This document shows positions 23,578-35,444 of a DNA stretch of 64,000 bases, one piece after another. Within the stretch, counting starts at the first letter, position 1, and the number at the start of each line of letters is the position of its first letter. The position numbers and the translations under genes were made by a program. A model generated the notes under the pieces. That model saw only the letters and a list, made by a program, of their open reading frames with translations. It had not been told where the DNA came from and made no database searches. Origin of the DNA: Blasia pusilla (taxonomy: Eukaryota); NCBI GenBank assembly GCA_050084515.1, contig CM114271.1, positions 9,548,001-9,612,000 of the forward strand, written 5' to 3'.

Positions 23578-25949
23578 GTGGACGGTATGGAGGACGCTGT
23601 AGGTGAGACAGTCCAGCCAATAATAGCAAACTCTAATGTATGGAATCTCCTACCTCTAAAAAATGGTCAATACACAGTTTGTGGCTTGCCTCTGAATTCC
23701 TCTATTTCCCAAGTAGACGGTCCGGAATTTCCTAGTGCATCGAGCTCTACGTTTGCCACTCCCAGCTCAGTAGATTCGGCATCGACTCCAACTTCACACG
23801 CCTGGAATAATGTTGTACTTCCTGAAGACATTCCGGATGTCGTCAACCTCAGTGGATCTATCGGCCACCAACGGGGCCTTGTGTCTACCTACTCGTTACT
23901 CTTGCGAGTATCAGGCAATAGTTTGTTGTCGTCTCTACCCTTTAAAATGTTCAAGCACATTCTTGTCGATGAGCTACCACCCACATACGATGGTAATTGT
24001 ATTTTTGAGTTGCCTCCAGTTGCTAGTCCTGCTCAAAAGAAAGATGGAGGATGCTTGAAGGGTATGGACAGAAAGTCTGATTGTCATCAATGGTGCAAGC
24101 TTCAACAGACTTATGCTTTAATTCTAGATGGTCCTTGGATTATTTCTTGCCGCTAATGCGTTGGAGCCCTGGAGTGTAGAAGTCCAGGCTGCCCGTATCT
24201 AGAGCGCAATGGGCAAGTCAATACGTCGCAATTTCCCCCAAAGAATGCAAATACTCCATATAAGGTCGGTGCGACCATATCGCCGGGAGGCCATCGATGT
24301 CCTCATTGTCAAGCATCCCTTTTTGGCGTTGGAGCGTGTCCTGCATACATATTTTTCATTGTGCACGATTTCAGTTCTATGTCCGAGTACACCGGGCTGG
24401 AAGTTCATGATGGCTCCCACATTCATCCTGTTACCGGTGCAATTCAGAGACACATCAAGGAGGATGTGGCAAAGAAAGTGGTCGAGGTATATAGAAACTC
24501 TCCGGAGTCAAAGCCCAAAGTGATCAAGTTAACAACAACATCACAAATTTGTGAACAATTGCTTGGAATCCCTGGGCAGGGCGAGATCATAGTTGCTGAG
24601 GAGAAACAACTATGGGAAAATCTCGTATTTCTCGTTGATCCTGAATGCTTTCGGTATTTGCTACATCAAATATGGGTACTGGATGGAAAGATAGCCGAAA
24701 TGGATGCAATTTCTAGAATCAAGGCCAACTCTAGATTTCCATTTATTCAGAGATGGCAATTCATGGGCCAGGGAGGCAAAGGATCAAGGGCTTATGTCTT
24801 CAAAATGTCAACGACAGGGCCGTCGAGTGGCCTCGATCTTATAGATCGAATGAAGGAAGGGGAAGATCTTTACGGCAACTGGGTAAGTTTGATATTTGCT
24901 ACAGAGTGCTGAATGGATGGTTGACCATGGGTGCTCACGTTTATGACCATGTGGAGAAGGGACTCAAAAATATATTTGTTTTTTTGAGGTAAAAGCAGAA
25001 GACGTTGGCAGTTTGAAGATGTGTTGGTTACTCTTATTGGAGGTGGTGAAGAAAAACAAAAGACCACCGGAAATTTATGGATTCATGGCGGACAATGCAC
25101 AACCTGGGTGGATTGCTATCAGGGAAGTGTTCTGGGGTGGAGAGGTTCAACGAGAGAGGGAAAGGTTGGATGCTTTCCATTGGCAACAGTCTGTGACTCG
25201 GTACACAAAATCTTGCATCAAGGAGAATAAGAGGACAGAGCATGTCACTCTACTCCAACGGTGCAAGGATAGCAAAACCTTGAAACAGGCCATGGAGTGC
25301 CAAGAAGAACTTCATGGGTGGTGGAGGAAGCATGCGATTGAGGGGAAGTACAAAGAGTTGTGCTCTTGGATCAGTTGGTGGACTGTACGAATGAACCAAT
25401 GGGGAAACTTCATGCGGCATGTGAGTTCAGTATTTCATCCTGTCGAGCTCATGCTGAGAATTGTTTGAAAAGTTGCAGCTCAAGTTGAGAAGCGTGGGCA
25501 CTATAGGGATTTCAAACCGAAGAAACCAAGTCTACTTGCATTTCGACTAGTTTCAAACTCGTCGGTTGCAACCGAAGAAACCAAGTCCACGGATGTCTCC
25601 AACTTGCATCTCATTTCAAGTCGGAGGCTAGAAAATCCATGTGCGATTCATCGGATTCTGATGACTTGCACTTGGATCTTCCAGCCCGGAGTGGCCAAAG
25701 TTACTTGCAACCCGTCTGAATTCGACGGGTTGCACTAGGTGGTTCTTGAGTGTTGCAACACATCGAAAACCAATAGGTCGCAGAGTCATTCATGGGATGC
25801 CTCCTACTTGCAACCCGTCTGGTTCCGACAGGTAGCTTTTTTCTTTCCTCATAGACCTATTTTTGTTCCCTTCTCACATTGCCGTCGTTGCAGGGATTGA
25901 ACATTCATGAAAATGCCCTCTGCCCCAACACAAGTGGAGTAGAAAGTAT
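23578..25949 (+). pseudogene. MULE-type transposase, N-terminal and catalytic part
   Basis: Cys-rich CVGALEC...C region. Candidate DDE residues at FDICY (~24891), FMADN (25091) and TSGVES (25942), plus DAFHW (CxxH-like). GT..AG intron 25421-25893. Confidence 0.75.
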
Positions 25950-26532
25950 TGTCACATCTGAGTAGCCGATAGGCCGAGATCTATCGTGGATAGGGCGTAG
26001 GAGCCAGCGGACTATCTTGAGTGTAACTTTGTCCCACGGTGTCGGATGAGATTGAGGATAGGTCCATTGTGTCAGGCATGTCGTTCTTGAAAACTTTCAT
26101 GTTGAGGTCTTTTACAGCCGGATGACTTGTTGACCAGGTAACCCGCCCCTAGTAACCTGTGCGCGCAGGTTACCAAGGGAAGGGCTATTTTTAGGGGAAG
26201 AGCCTTTTGGCTCTTCCCAACCCTATATAAGAGAGGAAGATGGCTTTCCTAAGCCATCTTTCTCATGTTGGGCCGTTGGAGCACCTCCCTTGTATGTGTG
26301 TGAGCTAGGACTAGGGTGCTAGCGTCCGGATTCCTTGATAGCATAGGGTGGATGAGGCTCGATATGCCGATGTAGATTGAGGAGTGGAGTTTTAGGCCGG
26401 GTGTGCCATTTTTACTACTCTTTATTTTTACATGAGAAAGATGTCAGGGGGCTGGTGGGAATTCGTTGTTTGCAGGTAGGTAAGCGAGTTGCCTTGGTCG
26501 GGAGCCCCTGGAGACACGTGTGTGATGTTTTG
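25950..26532 (+). repeat. 5' terminal repeat (A1) of element C; lacks the last ~22 bp of the 3' LTR
   Basis: Direct repeat of 34839-35422; diverges after GTTTTGT. Confidence 0.9.
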
Positions 26533-27779
26533 TGTGTTATTTTTCTGTTCGGAAGGCCGTGGGCGGAAGCGTTGTTCGTTTTTCTCCGATTTTGTTGGTG
26601 CGGATTGATGGGGGACAGTAGCCGAGTGTAGTGTGTGGTGGGGCGTTGGGTGTACGCAAGTGAGGGTGTCGAGAGAGAGAAGAAAGGAAGGTTTGGGCTT
26701 GCAGCCGCCGGGGGGCTATTAAGTAAAGATGGCTAGCTAGGCCGCGGCCGGTCTATGGTTAGGTCACGGGCGAGGACCGGAGGACCACGGAGACAGGAGC
26801 CGAGGATCGCGAGGTGGTAGACCGGCGGACGATGGACGGGCGAGGGACGCGGACGGCAGACGGGTACGCCCCCCCCCCCCTCTCCAACGTGGTAGCACAG
26901 ACCATAGTCGGTCGGACAGTTGTAGCGAACGTGGTTGGTAGCACGGACAAGGTCGGTCAAGCGAACGCGGTGACGCATGGGCAACGTGATGGCAGGGAGG
27001 ACGTCAACGTGCTGAGTGACCGACAAGTTGGACAGCGGGCCTGACATGATATTTTTGGGGCGCGACAGGGCGTTGCGAGAGTTTACGATGGAGGGGTAGT
27101 GCGCATGATGCCGACGGGTTGTCCGCATCTGTTGACGGGAGGATCGACGTGCTGGTCGAGGGGAGTGTTATGTTGCGGAGATTGTCATATCATGTGGAGG
27201 AGTGCATGTTGACGATGCAGCAGGTTGGAGGGCGTGATCAGGTTACCCATTCGAGTCCCTTTTCCTGCACTTGTCGTGTGTGATTGAGAGTGCTGGGTAT
27301 CGGGTAGTAGTCGGTGCTAGATGGGTGCAGTGATGATGACGAGTGTAGATTCTTTTCATGTGTAGCATGTTGGTGGATATACGGCGGTTGCCGAGTAGGG
27401 GTCGCGTGTATGACCCGAGAGAGTGTCGCTAGGTTAGGTGAGTCAGTTGGGAGGCTCATGGTGAGCCGGAGTGTTGAGCGTGCGTGAGGCCGGGTATGTC
27501 ATCACGGGATTGACGTTAGCATAGGTGAGCTAGTGAGGCGTGTGGGAGACTCTCGGTGAGTTTGAGTGCTTGAGCGGGTGAGACAGGGTTTGTCATCACG
27601 GCGTTCTTCCAGGGTTTGGAAGAACGGGGTAGTGCGAGCAGTGCTAGTGGTGTGACACGGAGTGGAGTGAGATACCGAGGGGTTACCAGTGAGGAGCTCC
27701 TCGACATCCATCCGTGGATGGATCGTCATCATCGACACACCGGGTCCGGTGACGAGATCACCAAGCGAGACGAGAGTAC

Positions 27780-29280
27780 TTGGCAGTGAGATGGACGACA
27801 TGGGCCATCGGGGCATGCGTCGTTTTCGGTGCGATGGGCACCATCGACTTAGATGATTTCATCCAGGAGTTCGACACATGGTGCGACTTCCAGGAGATAC
27901 GGACCCCGACACGGTTCAACCCTTTCATGGCATGGAAGGGGTTGTTCCAGCACTTGGAGGGTCCTCCGATGGATGACTACATGGAGTTTCGATCACTATA
28001 TTCAGTAGAGATTGATGCCTAGAGTACGCACCGACAAGCTGAAGAGTCTACAGGATTTTCAGCGACGATCGGGTGAGAGTCTGAGAGAGGCATTCACACG
28101 CATGAGGAGGCTGATCATTGCTACGTTTGGAGTGACTGAGGCACACTCAATCTAGTATTGGTACGGGGTTCTGGACCAAGAACTACGGAGGAGAGTCCGA
28201 GATGCGGTGCTGATTCACACAGCGAAGCCCACATTGAAGGTGGTCTTTGAGTTGTCTAAGCATATTGAGCTTAACATGAGTGAGGAGCAGGTAGTGACCG
28301 CTAGATTTTCTCGAGAGTCGACGGGTCCACGAGCGACGGTGACCCCACAAGTGCCACAGCGAGCACCAGTACCACGGGAGCGGTCCAGTGTGCCTAGAGA
28401 GCAGGGCAGGTACCGTGAGCCTATGAGGCAACGACCCGCACCTACCTATGTTGCCCAGCAGGGACCGATGTGGTCTTGTTGGACGTGTGGAGGGGCCCAT
28501 AGGCGAGAGAGGCGCCACAAAGCATGGGAGAGGACCACCAGCGCCTCCGATTGCTCAGGAGCCACAGAGGATGGCCCCATCACAGCACCAGTGTGACCAT
28601 TGCCACAGATATGGTCACACTAGGGATAGATGTTTTGACCTTTGCCGAGGGGCACGTCCAGTGGTAGGCCGAGGGCCTAGGGGTAGTCGTCCTGGAGGAG
28701 GTCGGGGAGTTCTTCCTGGACGTGGTGGTAGAGGACCACCATCAGCCAGAGGAGATGGAGCAGGAGCACCAGAGCAGGCATTTCTCTCACGCATCGATCA
28801 GTTGGAGCAAAGGATTGCCGCCATGACGATGATGCAGCTTAGGGAAGGCACAGAGCTGCGAGCAGCTAGTGTGACTCCAGCTTCTACCTCTTACCCTGAC
28901 CCGGGTGAGGATCTTGCCATATGGGATTCATGTGTAGTGCAGCCCAGGTTGAGGCAGCTGCAGTGGTGACTCGGGATGTTGCGAGAGGCACCGAGCCATC
29001 GAGAGGTGGAGTTGAGATTGACCCACCAGAGTGGACCGATGGGCGGCAGGCCAGGGTTCCACAGTCGTTCACATTGTCAGAGGCACTACACACACCATCG
29101 ATGGTGCCTTGACGACCAGGGGTGCCTACAGTTCAGGCACCTACGTCGACGTCACGAGGAGTTGGAGTGACAACTCCTCTGCCGGCTTGAGTGGAGTCAG
29201 TGTCGACTATAGTGTTGGAGGTGGCCACTAGAGTGAGTCAGACTCCGCTATTTTCCGCCATAGAGTTGGCGACGTTGGGA
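27780..29280 (+). pseudogene. gag of element C (stops, frameshifts, internal deletion near 28025)
   Basis: GTIDLDDFIQEFDTWCD, ESLREAFTRMRRL and zinc knuckle CDHCHRYGHTRDRC. Homologous to 63073-64000. Confidence 0.85.
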
Positions 29281-29281
29281 G

Positions 29282-29953
29282 TTGGACCAGCTCAGGTGTT
29301 CCGGTTGGCCGCCACGTTTGTGTGAGCGTGGAGAGATGACTGCTTCTTGTTCAAAGGTAGTTGAGGAGGTGGTGGACTTGCCCTCAGAGCCGGTGCTTGG
29401 GACGTTCCCCACTGAGTCATGGCATGCGGCGGCGGCAAAGTTGGTAAATATGCCAGCTCGACCGGCCATAGAGCGAGCACTGGTGACACCTAGAGTAGTG
29501 TTACTGGATAATCGAGCTGGAGTATTTCGCTTGGTTAGTCCGACGGGGACGGTATACCACCCGCAGCGCGTCCTACTTGATTTGGGAGCGCAACCCTTGA
29601 TGTTAGGGAGGGAGGCGTGTTTAGCGTTGGGGTTACGGAAGGCCGACATTGAGCCTTGTCCCTTCCAGATACAGACCTCGATTGGGGGCGTATCACCCAC
29701 TGAGTATATGACTCGACAGGAGATTGTTGTCAGAGTCCAACCAGAGCATGCGACGGATAGTGCTATGGTGCGCACACGTGCGATTACGACACCAGCTGAG
29801 TCGTATGATGTGTTGGTGGGGAGTACAGTGTTATATCCCCTAGGATTCATCCTTGACTTATGGGAGGAGACCGTTGCTTATTTGCCAGGATGGCGGTCAG
29901 GTGACGGCCGGATGAGTCAGTTACCCGTGCAGTTTGCGGGACGAGGTGGTTGA
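29282..29953 (+). pseudogene. Aspartic protease of element C
   Basis: RVLLDLGAQPLMLG (DSG-type motif with a probable TCG>TTG change) and YDVLVGSTVL. Confidence 0.8.
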
Positions 29954-30299
29954 TCACGAGGCGAGTCTGTGACCACGTTGGCGGCTTTCACAGGTAGTGT
30001 TAGCTGGCCAGGAGAGTTGTTGGAGGGGAACGCACATACAGAGGATGTCCCAGTAGCGGATAGTCCCACGAAGAGACAGGCCATGGCGGGTGTCTCTTCC
30101 CATGTTGGTGAGGCCTCTTCACCATTGTGGGGTACGACTCGGGAGATACAGAGGAGTGCCGACGACCTCGTGAGGCAGGCGTGGAGTCATGAGTCATTTT
30201 ATCCCGAGCAAAGTGAGAGTCACGTGGCGTCGGGCTCTTGGAGTGAGACGATGACCCCACTAGATACCATACCATTGTGGGCGGTGCAGAGAGGAGGGT

Positions 30300-31250
30300 G
30301 TTAGGGTGTTAGATCTCTTGAGGGATTAGCACGGATTGGCCGCCATATTGCAGGCGGGCATACGGGTGCATCAGTACCTTTATGTGGAGAGAGATGAGAC
30401 CGCGCGGCGAGTATCATTACGTCACGTGGCGAGATTGATCCAGAGGTATCCTGAGTCGTTGTCGGTATCTGCAGTACGGGGATACCAGCATATGCTACCC
30501 GCCGACATCTCTTTGGTGGGAGCGCAGGATTTGGATAGAGTTGGCACCATTCATTTGGTGATTTCTGGATGGCCATGTCAGGGTCATTCATCAACTGGCC
30601 GAGGATTTGGATTGCAGGATCCGAGGTCAGGGATGTTTTGGGAGATGCTGCGAGTAGTACGACACTTGCAGGAGAGTCAGATATGTTCTCCTGTGTACAT
30701 TTTGGAGAACGTGCCGTTGTTGGGAGACACTCGTGCACGTGTGATGACGAGTGTACATCAAGTGAGGTCCTGGTTGGGACCTGCTGTGTTGTTAGATCCA
30801 GCGAGAGTTGGGTCACGTGCCCATCATCCACGACTATGGTGGACGAACCTGATACCATCAGAGGTACTGAGTCGAGCCTACAGTGGAGTCCAGAGAGCAC
30901 CACATCTCACAGTGGATGCTATTTTGGGCTCAGGGCGTCGATCTCAGGTGGTGACATGGGATGATAGACCACCGTTGGCCATGGCCAATAGGATGGGGGA
31001 GTTGAGGGTAGCCTTACCTACGTTGGTGAGCTTCCTAGCATCCCATGCCTTTCGTCAGGGAGGGCCAGGCATGATTTGGGATGAGGTGACTGGAGTATTG
31101 CAGGAGCCTACAGCAGATGAGCGCAAGCGCGCCATGGGGTTCACTACCGATACTACGGCGGAGCCAGGGATGACTGAGGCATCCCGGAGACAGGTGTTGG
31201 GGCGGGCGATGGACCTCAACTGTCTCACATGGATAGTCAGCCTAGGTATG
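30300..31250 (+). pseudogene. DNMT3-like C5-cytosine DNA methyltransferase domain within pol
   Basis: Motif I VRVLDL(F)GGIS(T)G (frameshifted, 30300-30335), II YVERD, IV LVISGWPCQGHS (PC 30573-30578), V GLQDPRSGMF, VI YILENV (30705), VIII RAHHPRLWWTNL, IX ERKRAMGF, X SRRQVLGRAMD. Confidence 0.93.
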
Positions 31251-31630
31251 GCTGAGCAGAGACGGATGCGAGTGTCATCCATGTCGTCGCGTCCACGAGT
31301 TGGACCATTGCCCTCAGTGGTCAGACAGCATTGGTGGGGCGAGACGAGGAGAGATAGGCACCCATGGACTTCCTGGGACGTCGTTCGAGCAGAGAGTGCA
31401 AAGGCGGCTAGAGTAGCACATGTTCATTTTTTGGATGTGGAGCATGGTGTAGGAGGTCAGAGTGGAGTGGCTCTTGCAGAGGTGGCTAGGGTTGCTACAT
31501 AGCAACCAAAGCCGGAGGTTGCGTCCTCTCCGAGTGAGGTCACGATGGAGACTTGGGAGCCTATGATAGGTCTCAAGTTGATAGGAGGAGAGCGACGGCG
31601 AGTTCATAGGTTTTTGAGAGGGCATGTCAG

Positions 31631-32990
31631 TTGTTTTGTCTTCAGTATGAGAGAGACTTGGGTACGCTGAAGGGTCCCGGGATACGGATTGAGTTGGCTA
31701 GTGATACGCCGATCTTTCGTCAACCCTACAGGTATTCTGATGTGGAGCGAGCCTTGATTCAGAGCAGGAGTCGGGACTTGTTGGAGGCAAGACTTGTGGA
31801 GTTATCACATGGGGAGTATGCATCTGCCACAATCATGCCGGCGAAGAAGGATATGTATGGCAATTGGACGGATAGGCGGATGTGTGGAGATTACCGTCCT
31901 ATCAACCGACAGACGAGGTCAGATCGGTACGCCATGCCTACTCCTAAGGAGATCTTTGATGCGGTAGGGCATGCAAAGATCTTCAGTACTTTAGATCTCC
32001 GTGCTGGCTATCATCATCTTCCTATCAGGCTGGAGGACAAGAAGAAGACAACATTCTGGGGGATAGATCGGTTCGGGAGAGATTGCTTGTATCAGTGGCG
32101 GTTCTTACCATTTGGGTTGAAGAACGCGCCTGTAGAGTTTCAGAGAGTGATGGATAGGATTCCGGCTGGCTTGGATTTTTATGCGATGTTACATAGATGA
32201 TATTCTTATCTTGAGTTCCACGGTTGAGGAGCATGAGCAACACTTGGAGGAGGTGTTTGGCGATTTGCGATTACATGGGTGAAGTTACATCCGGCAAGTG
32301 CAGATTCTTTCAGAGCAGATTGAGTACTTGGGACACACCATATACCCGAGTGGGTTAGGCGTTCAGGAGACGAAGGTAGAGGCTATTGCGCAGATTCCAC
32401 GCCCTACAGATGTGAGTCGAGTCCGAGCATTTCTTGGACTGGCAAACTTCTATCGACGGTATGTCAAGGGTTTTAGTGCGATCGCAAAGTCTTTGACCTT
32501 GTTGACGAGACTTGATCAGGTTTGGTTGTGGGGAGATGATCAGGAGCAAGCATTTCAGAGCTCAGGACAAAGTTGACGTCCTCACCCATTTTACAGAGGC
32601 CGGGTTAGGGGTCGCCCATTCCAGTTACATACGGATTGGAGCATGTTGGGTCTAGGAGCAGTGCTTACTCAGAGGGATGACGAGGAGAGGGAGTTCGTTG
32701 TGGCTTACGCGAGCCGATCGAACAACATTGCAGAGGCAAAGTACAACTCCTACGAGGGAGAGTGCTTGGGTGCAGTGTGGGCCGTGGCACATTTCAGGTG
32801 CTATTTATTCGGCAACCCTTTCACACTTATCATTGATCATCAGCCGTTGAGGTGGTTGATGGAGTCCGAAAAGCTTACGGGAAAGCTTGCCAGGTGGGCT
32901 CTATTACTACAGGAGTATGAGTTTGAGGTGGTTCATAGGCCAGGTCGGCTGAACCAGGATGCAGATGGGTTGAGTCGTAATCCATGCCCG
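31631..32990 (+). pseudogene. Reverse transcriptase and RNase H of element C
   Basis: RMCGDYRPIN, FSTLDLRAGYHH, LPFGLKNAP, YIDDILI (~32190); LHTDWSMLGLGAVL, DHQPL, ADGLSR. Confidence 0.95.
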
Positions 32991-33339
32991 AGTCAGAGAG
33001 ACGACATAGGAGCTCGATGGCACGGAGAGAGTGATGAGGAGATGGTGCCCGGTTGGCATGCATCTGCCTATCTTTGTTGGTTGACTATGGCAGGTCAGCC
33101 ACAGATGCTGACTCCAGTGGTGGGGTTGGATGATGAGTCTTTGGATCCGGAGGTTAGTGAGGAGGCGACAAGTGGTCGTGATATCCATGACGACGTGGAG
33201 GTTGTGGAGTTCTTGCGCACTGGCGTCATTGCGAGTACAGTGAGTGCTAGGGAGCGGGATCGGATCCTACAGAGAGCCAAAAGGTTCATGTGGGAGGGGA
33301 CTCACATTTTGCGGGTATGGGAAGATGGTAGGATACGAG

Positions 33340-34622
33340 TGGTACCTCATCCTTCCCAGCGAGCACGTGTAGTGCGACATGCCCATGAGGAGTTGGGACA
33401 TTTCAGAGTAAAGCGTACTTCCAGCTTACTCCAGGTTCAGTATTGGTGGCACGGCATGCATACTGGGATACATTAGTTTGTGGCCAGATGTATGGTATGT
33501 GACAGAGTGCGAACATCCTTCAATGCTCCCACTCCGCAGTTACATCCTTCGCCGATTATGGGTTTAGGTTATCGATGGAGTTTAGACTTTGCGGGACCTT
33601 TGCCATTGACAGGGCGTCATCATAGGTACGTGTTGGTCATGGTGGAGCATTTCTCCAACTGGATAAAGTTGGTGGCACTACCAGACAAGGCGAGCAAGGG
33701 AACAGCTTATGCATTTCTAGATCGTGTGCTTAGTCACTTTGGTGCACCGGCGGAGGTGTTGACTGGCCAGGGTACCGAGTTCAGGGGAGCGTTTCAGGCC
33801 TTGTGTGATCAGGCGCTGATAGATCACCGCACCACGTCCAGAGATCATCCTGAGGCGGATGGGTTGGCGGAGAGAGTGGTACAGACGGTGAAGAGAGGAT
33901 TGCGCAAGTATGGCTTGCAGCGGGGACAATTGAGGGAGTGGGACCTACAGTTGCCATGGTTGGCTATGGGTTATCGCTTTAGTCGGCAGGCATCCTTGGC
34001 GTCATTTTCACCGTACTTTTTGCTCTTTGGGAGAGAGTCAGATTTACCTGTAGCAATTCGACGTGACATGGCGGAGGTGTTAGATCTTGATGATCCAGAT
34101 GTGTGGGTGCAAGCATGTTCTTAGAGGGCAGAAGTTTTTCGTAGAGTTATGCCTATGGCCTTTGAGAACTTAGCTATTTCCCAGCATAGAGATACATTGA
34201 GGTACGCAACCATTCGTGGAAGAGGTTATCGTCCAGGGATAAGGAGGTTTCATCCTGGAGATTACGTGTATTTACAACATGAGGCACCCACGACGCTAGA
34301 TGTCACTGCAGGGCGCACGATCCTACGTGTGCGCGAGCTATTACCGATCGGAGTCCTCATGTTGGAGGGACGGGATGGTATGGTTTGGAAGGATCATGTG
34401 CGCAATTGTGCGCCATGTCATCTTCCGAACGTAGATGGGACGGTGGATCCGAGTTTGGCAGTGGTACCTGCAGGCTTGCGGTGTATGTTGTGCGGATCTG
34501 CGAGGGGTGCAGCCACCATGTTGGTATGTGATGGTTGTTCTCGAGGGTGGCATATGTCATGTCTGACCCCCCCTCTTGATGTGGTTCCCACAAGACAATG
34601 GATGTGTCCGAGATGTGTATAG
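33340..34622 (+). pseudogene. Integrase of element C with C-terminal PHD finger (34482-34616)
   Basis: HEELGH...CMVC zinc domain; WSLDFAGP, LTGQG (second D mutated), AERVVQTVK; C4HC3 CMLC-x11-CDGC-x4-H-x2-C-x14-CPRC with W two residues before the last Cys pair. Confidence 0.92.
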
Positions 34623-34838
34623 GGTAGTAGGTCATGTCAGAGAGATGTGATATTTTCTATCTGGAGTTAGGGGGATCCAACTGCCAGCTAGGGGGGCGGT
34701 TGTGAGATCTCCATGTATATGTATGAGTTGATTTTTGTACATGTGTGGATCGACCCGTGTGTGGGGAAGATCGGTGTTGTGTGGTGTAGATGTGACAAGC
34801 AATGTATTTTATGTAGCGATATGTATGCGCACGACAGT

Positions 34839-35444
34839 TGTCACATCTGAGTAGCCGATAGGCCGAGATCTATCGTGGATAGGGCATAGGAGCCAGCGGA
34901 CTATCTTGAGTGTAACTTTGTCCCACGGTGTCGGATGAGGTTGAGGATAGGTCCATTGTGTCAGGAACGTCGTTCTTGAAAACTTTCATGTTGAGGTCTT
35001 TTACAGCCGGATGACTTGTTGACCAGGTCACCCGCCCCTAGTAACCCGTGCGCGCAAGTTACCAAGGGAAGGGCTATTTTTAGGAGAAGAGCCTTTTGGC
35101 TCTTCCCAACCCTATATAAGAGAGGAAGATGGCTTTCCTAAGCCATCTTTCTCATGTTGGGCCGTTGAAGCACCTCCCTTGTATGTGTGTGAGCTAGGAC
35201 TAGGGTGCTAGCGTCCGGATTCCTTGATAGCATAGGGTGGACGAGGCTCGATATGCCGATGTAGATTGAGGGGTGGAGTTTTAGGCCGGGTGTGCCATTT
35301 TTACTACTCTTTATTTTTACATGAGAAAGATGTCAGGGGGCTGGTGGGAATTTATTGTTTGCAGGTAGGCAAGCGAGTTGCCTTGGTCGGGAGCCCCTAG
35401 AGACGTGTGTGTGACGTTTTGTAGCGATATGTATGCGCACGACA
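34839..35444 (+). repeat. 3' LTR (A2+B2) of element C
   Basis: TGTCACATCTG...GCGCACGACA. The last 25 bp also occur at 34812-34836. Confidence 0.9.

Larger units (their letters stand above)
25950..35444 (+). mobile_element. Ty3/Gypsy retrotransposon C carrying a C5-DNA methyltransferase and a PHD finger
   Basis: TGTC...GACA termini, ~580-bp direct repeats and an imperfect TSD GTAT/GTGT. Excision restores the host frame GVESVHSFW. Order: gag, protease, DNMT, RT, RNase H, integrase, PHD. Confidence 0.93.

Noticed and set aside
30336-31502. Host DNMT3/DRM gene
   Set aside because: It is intronless, sits between protease and RT within LTRs, and has no UBA/PWWP or other host domains.
25950-35444. 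DIRS/Ngaro/PAT tyrosine-recombinase element, suggested by split repeats plus a methyltransferase
   Set aside because: It encodes an aspartic protease and an HHCC/DDE integrase in Gypsy order. No tyrosine recombinase is seen, and the MTase is C5-type rather than the Dam-like type of DIRS.
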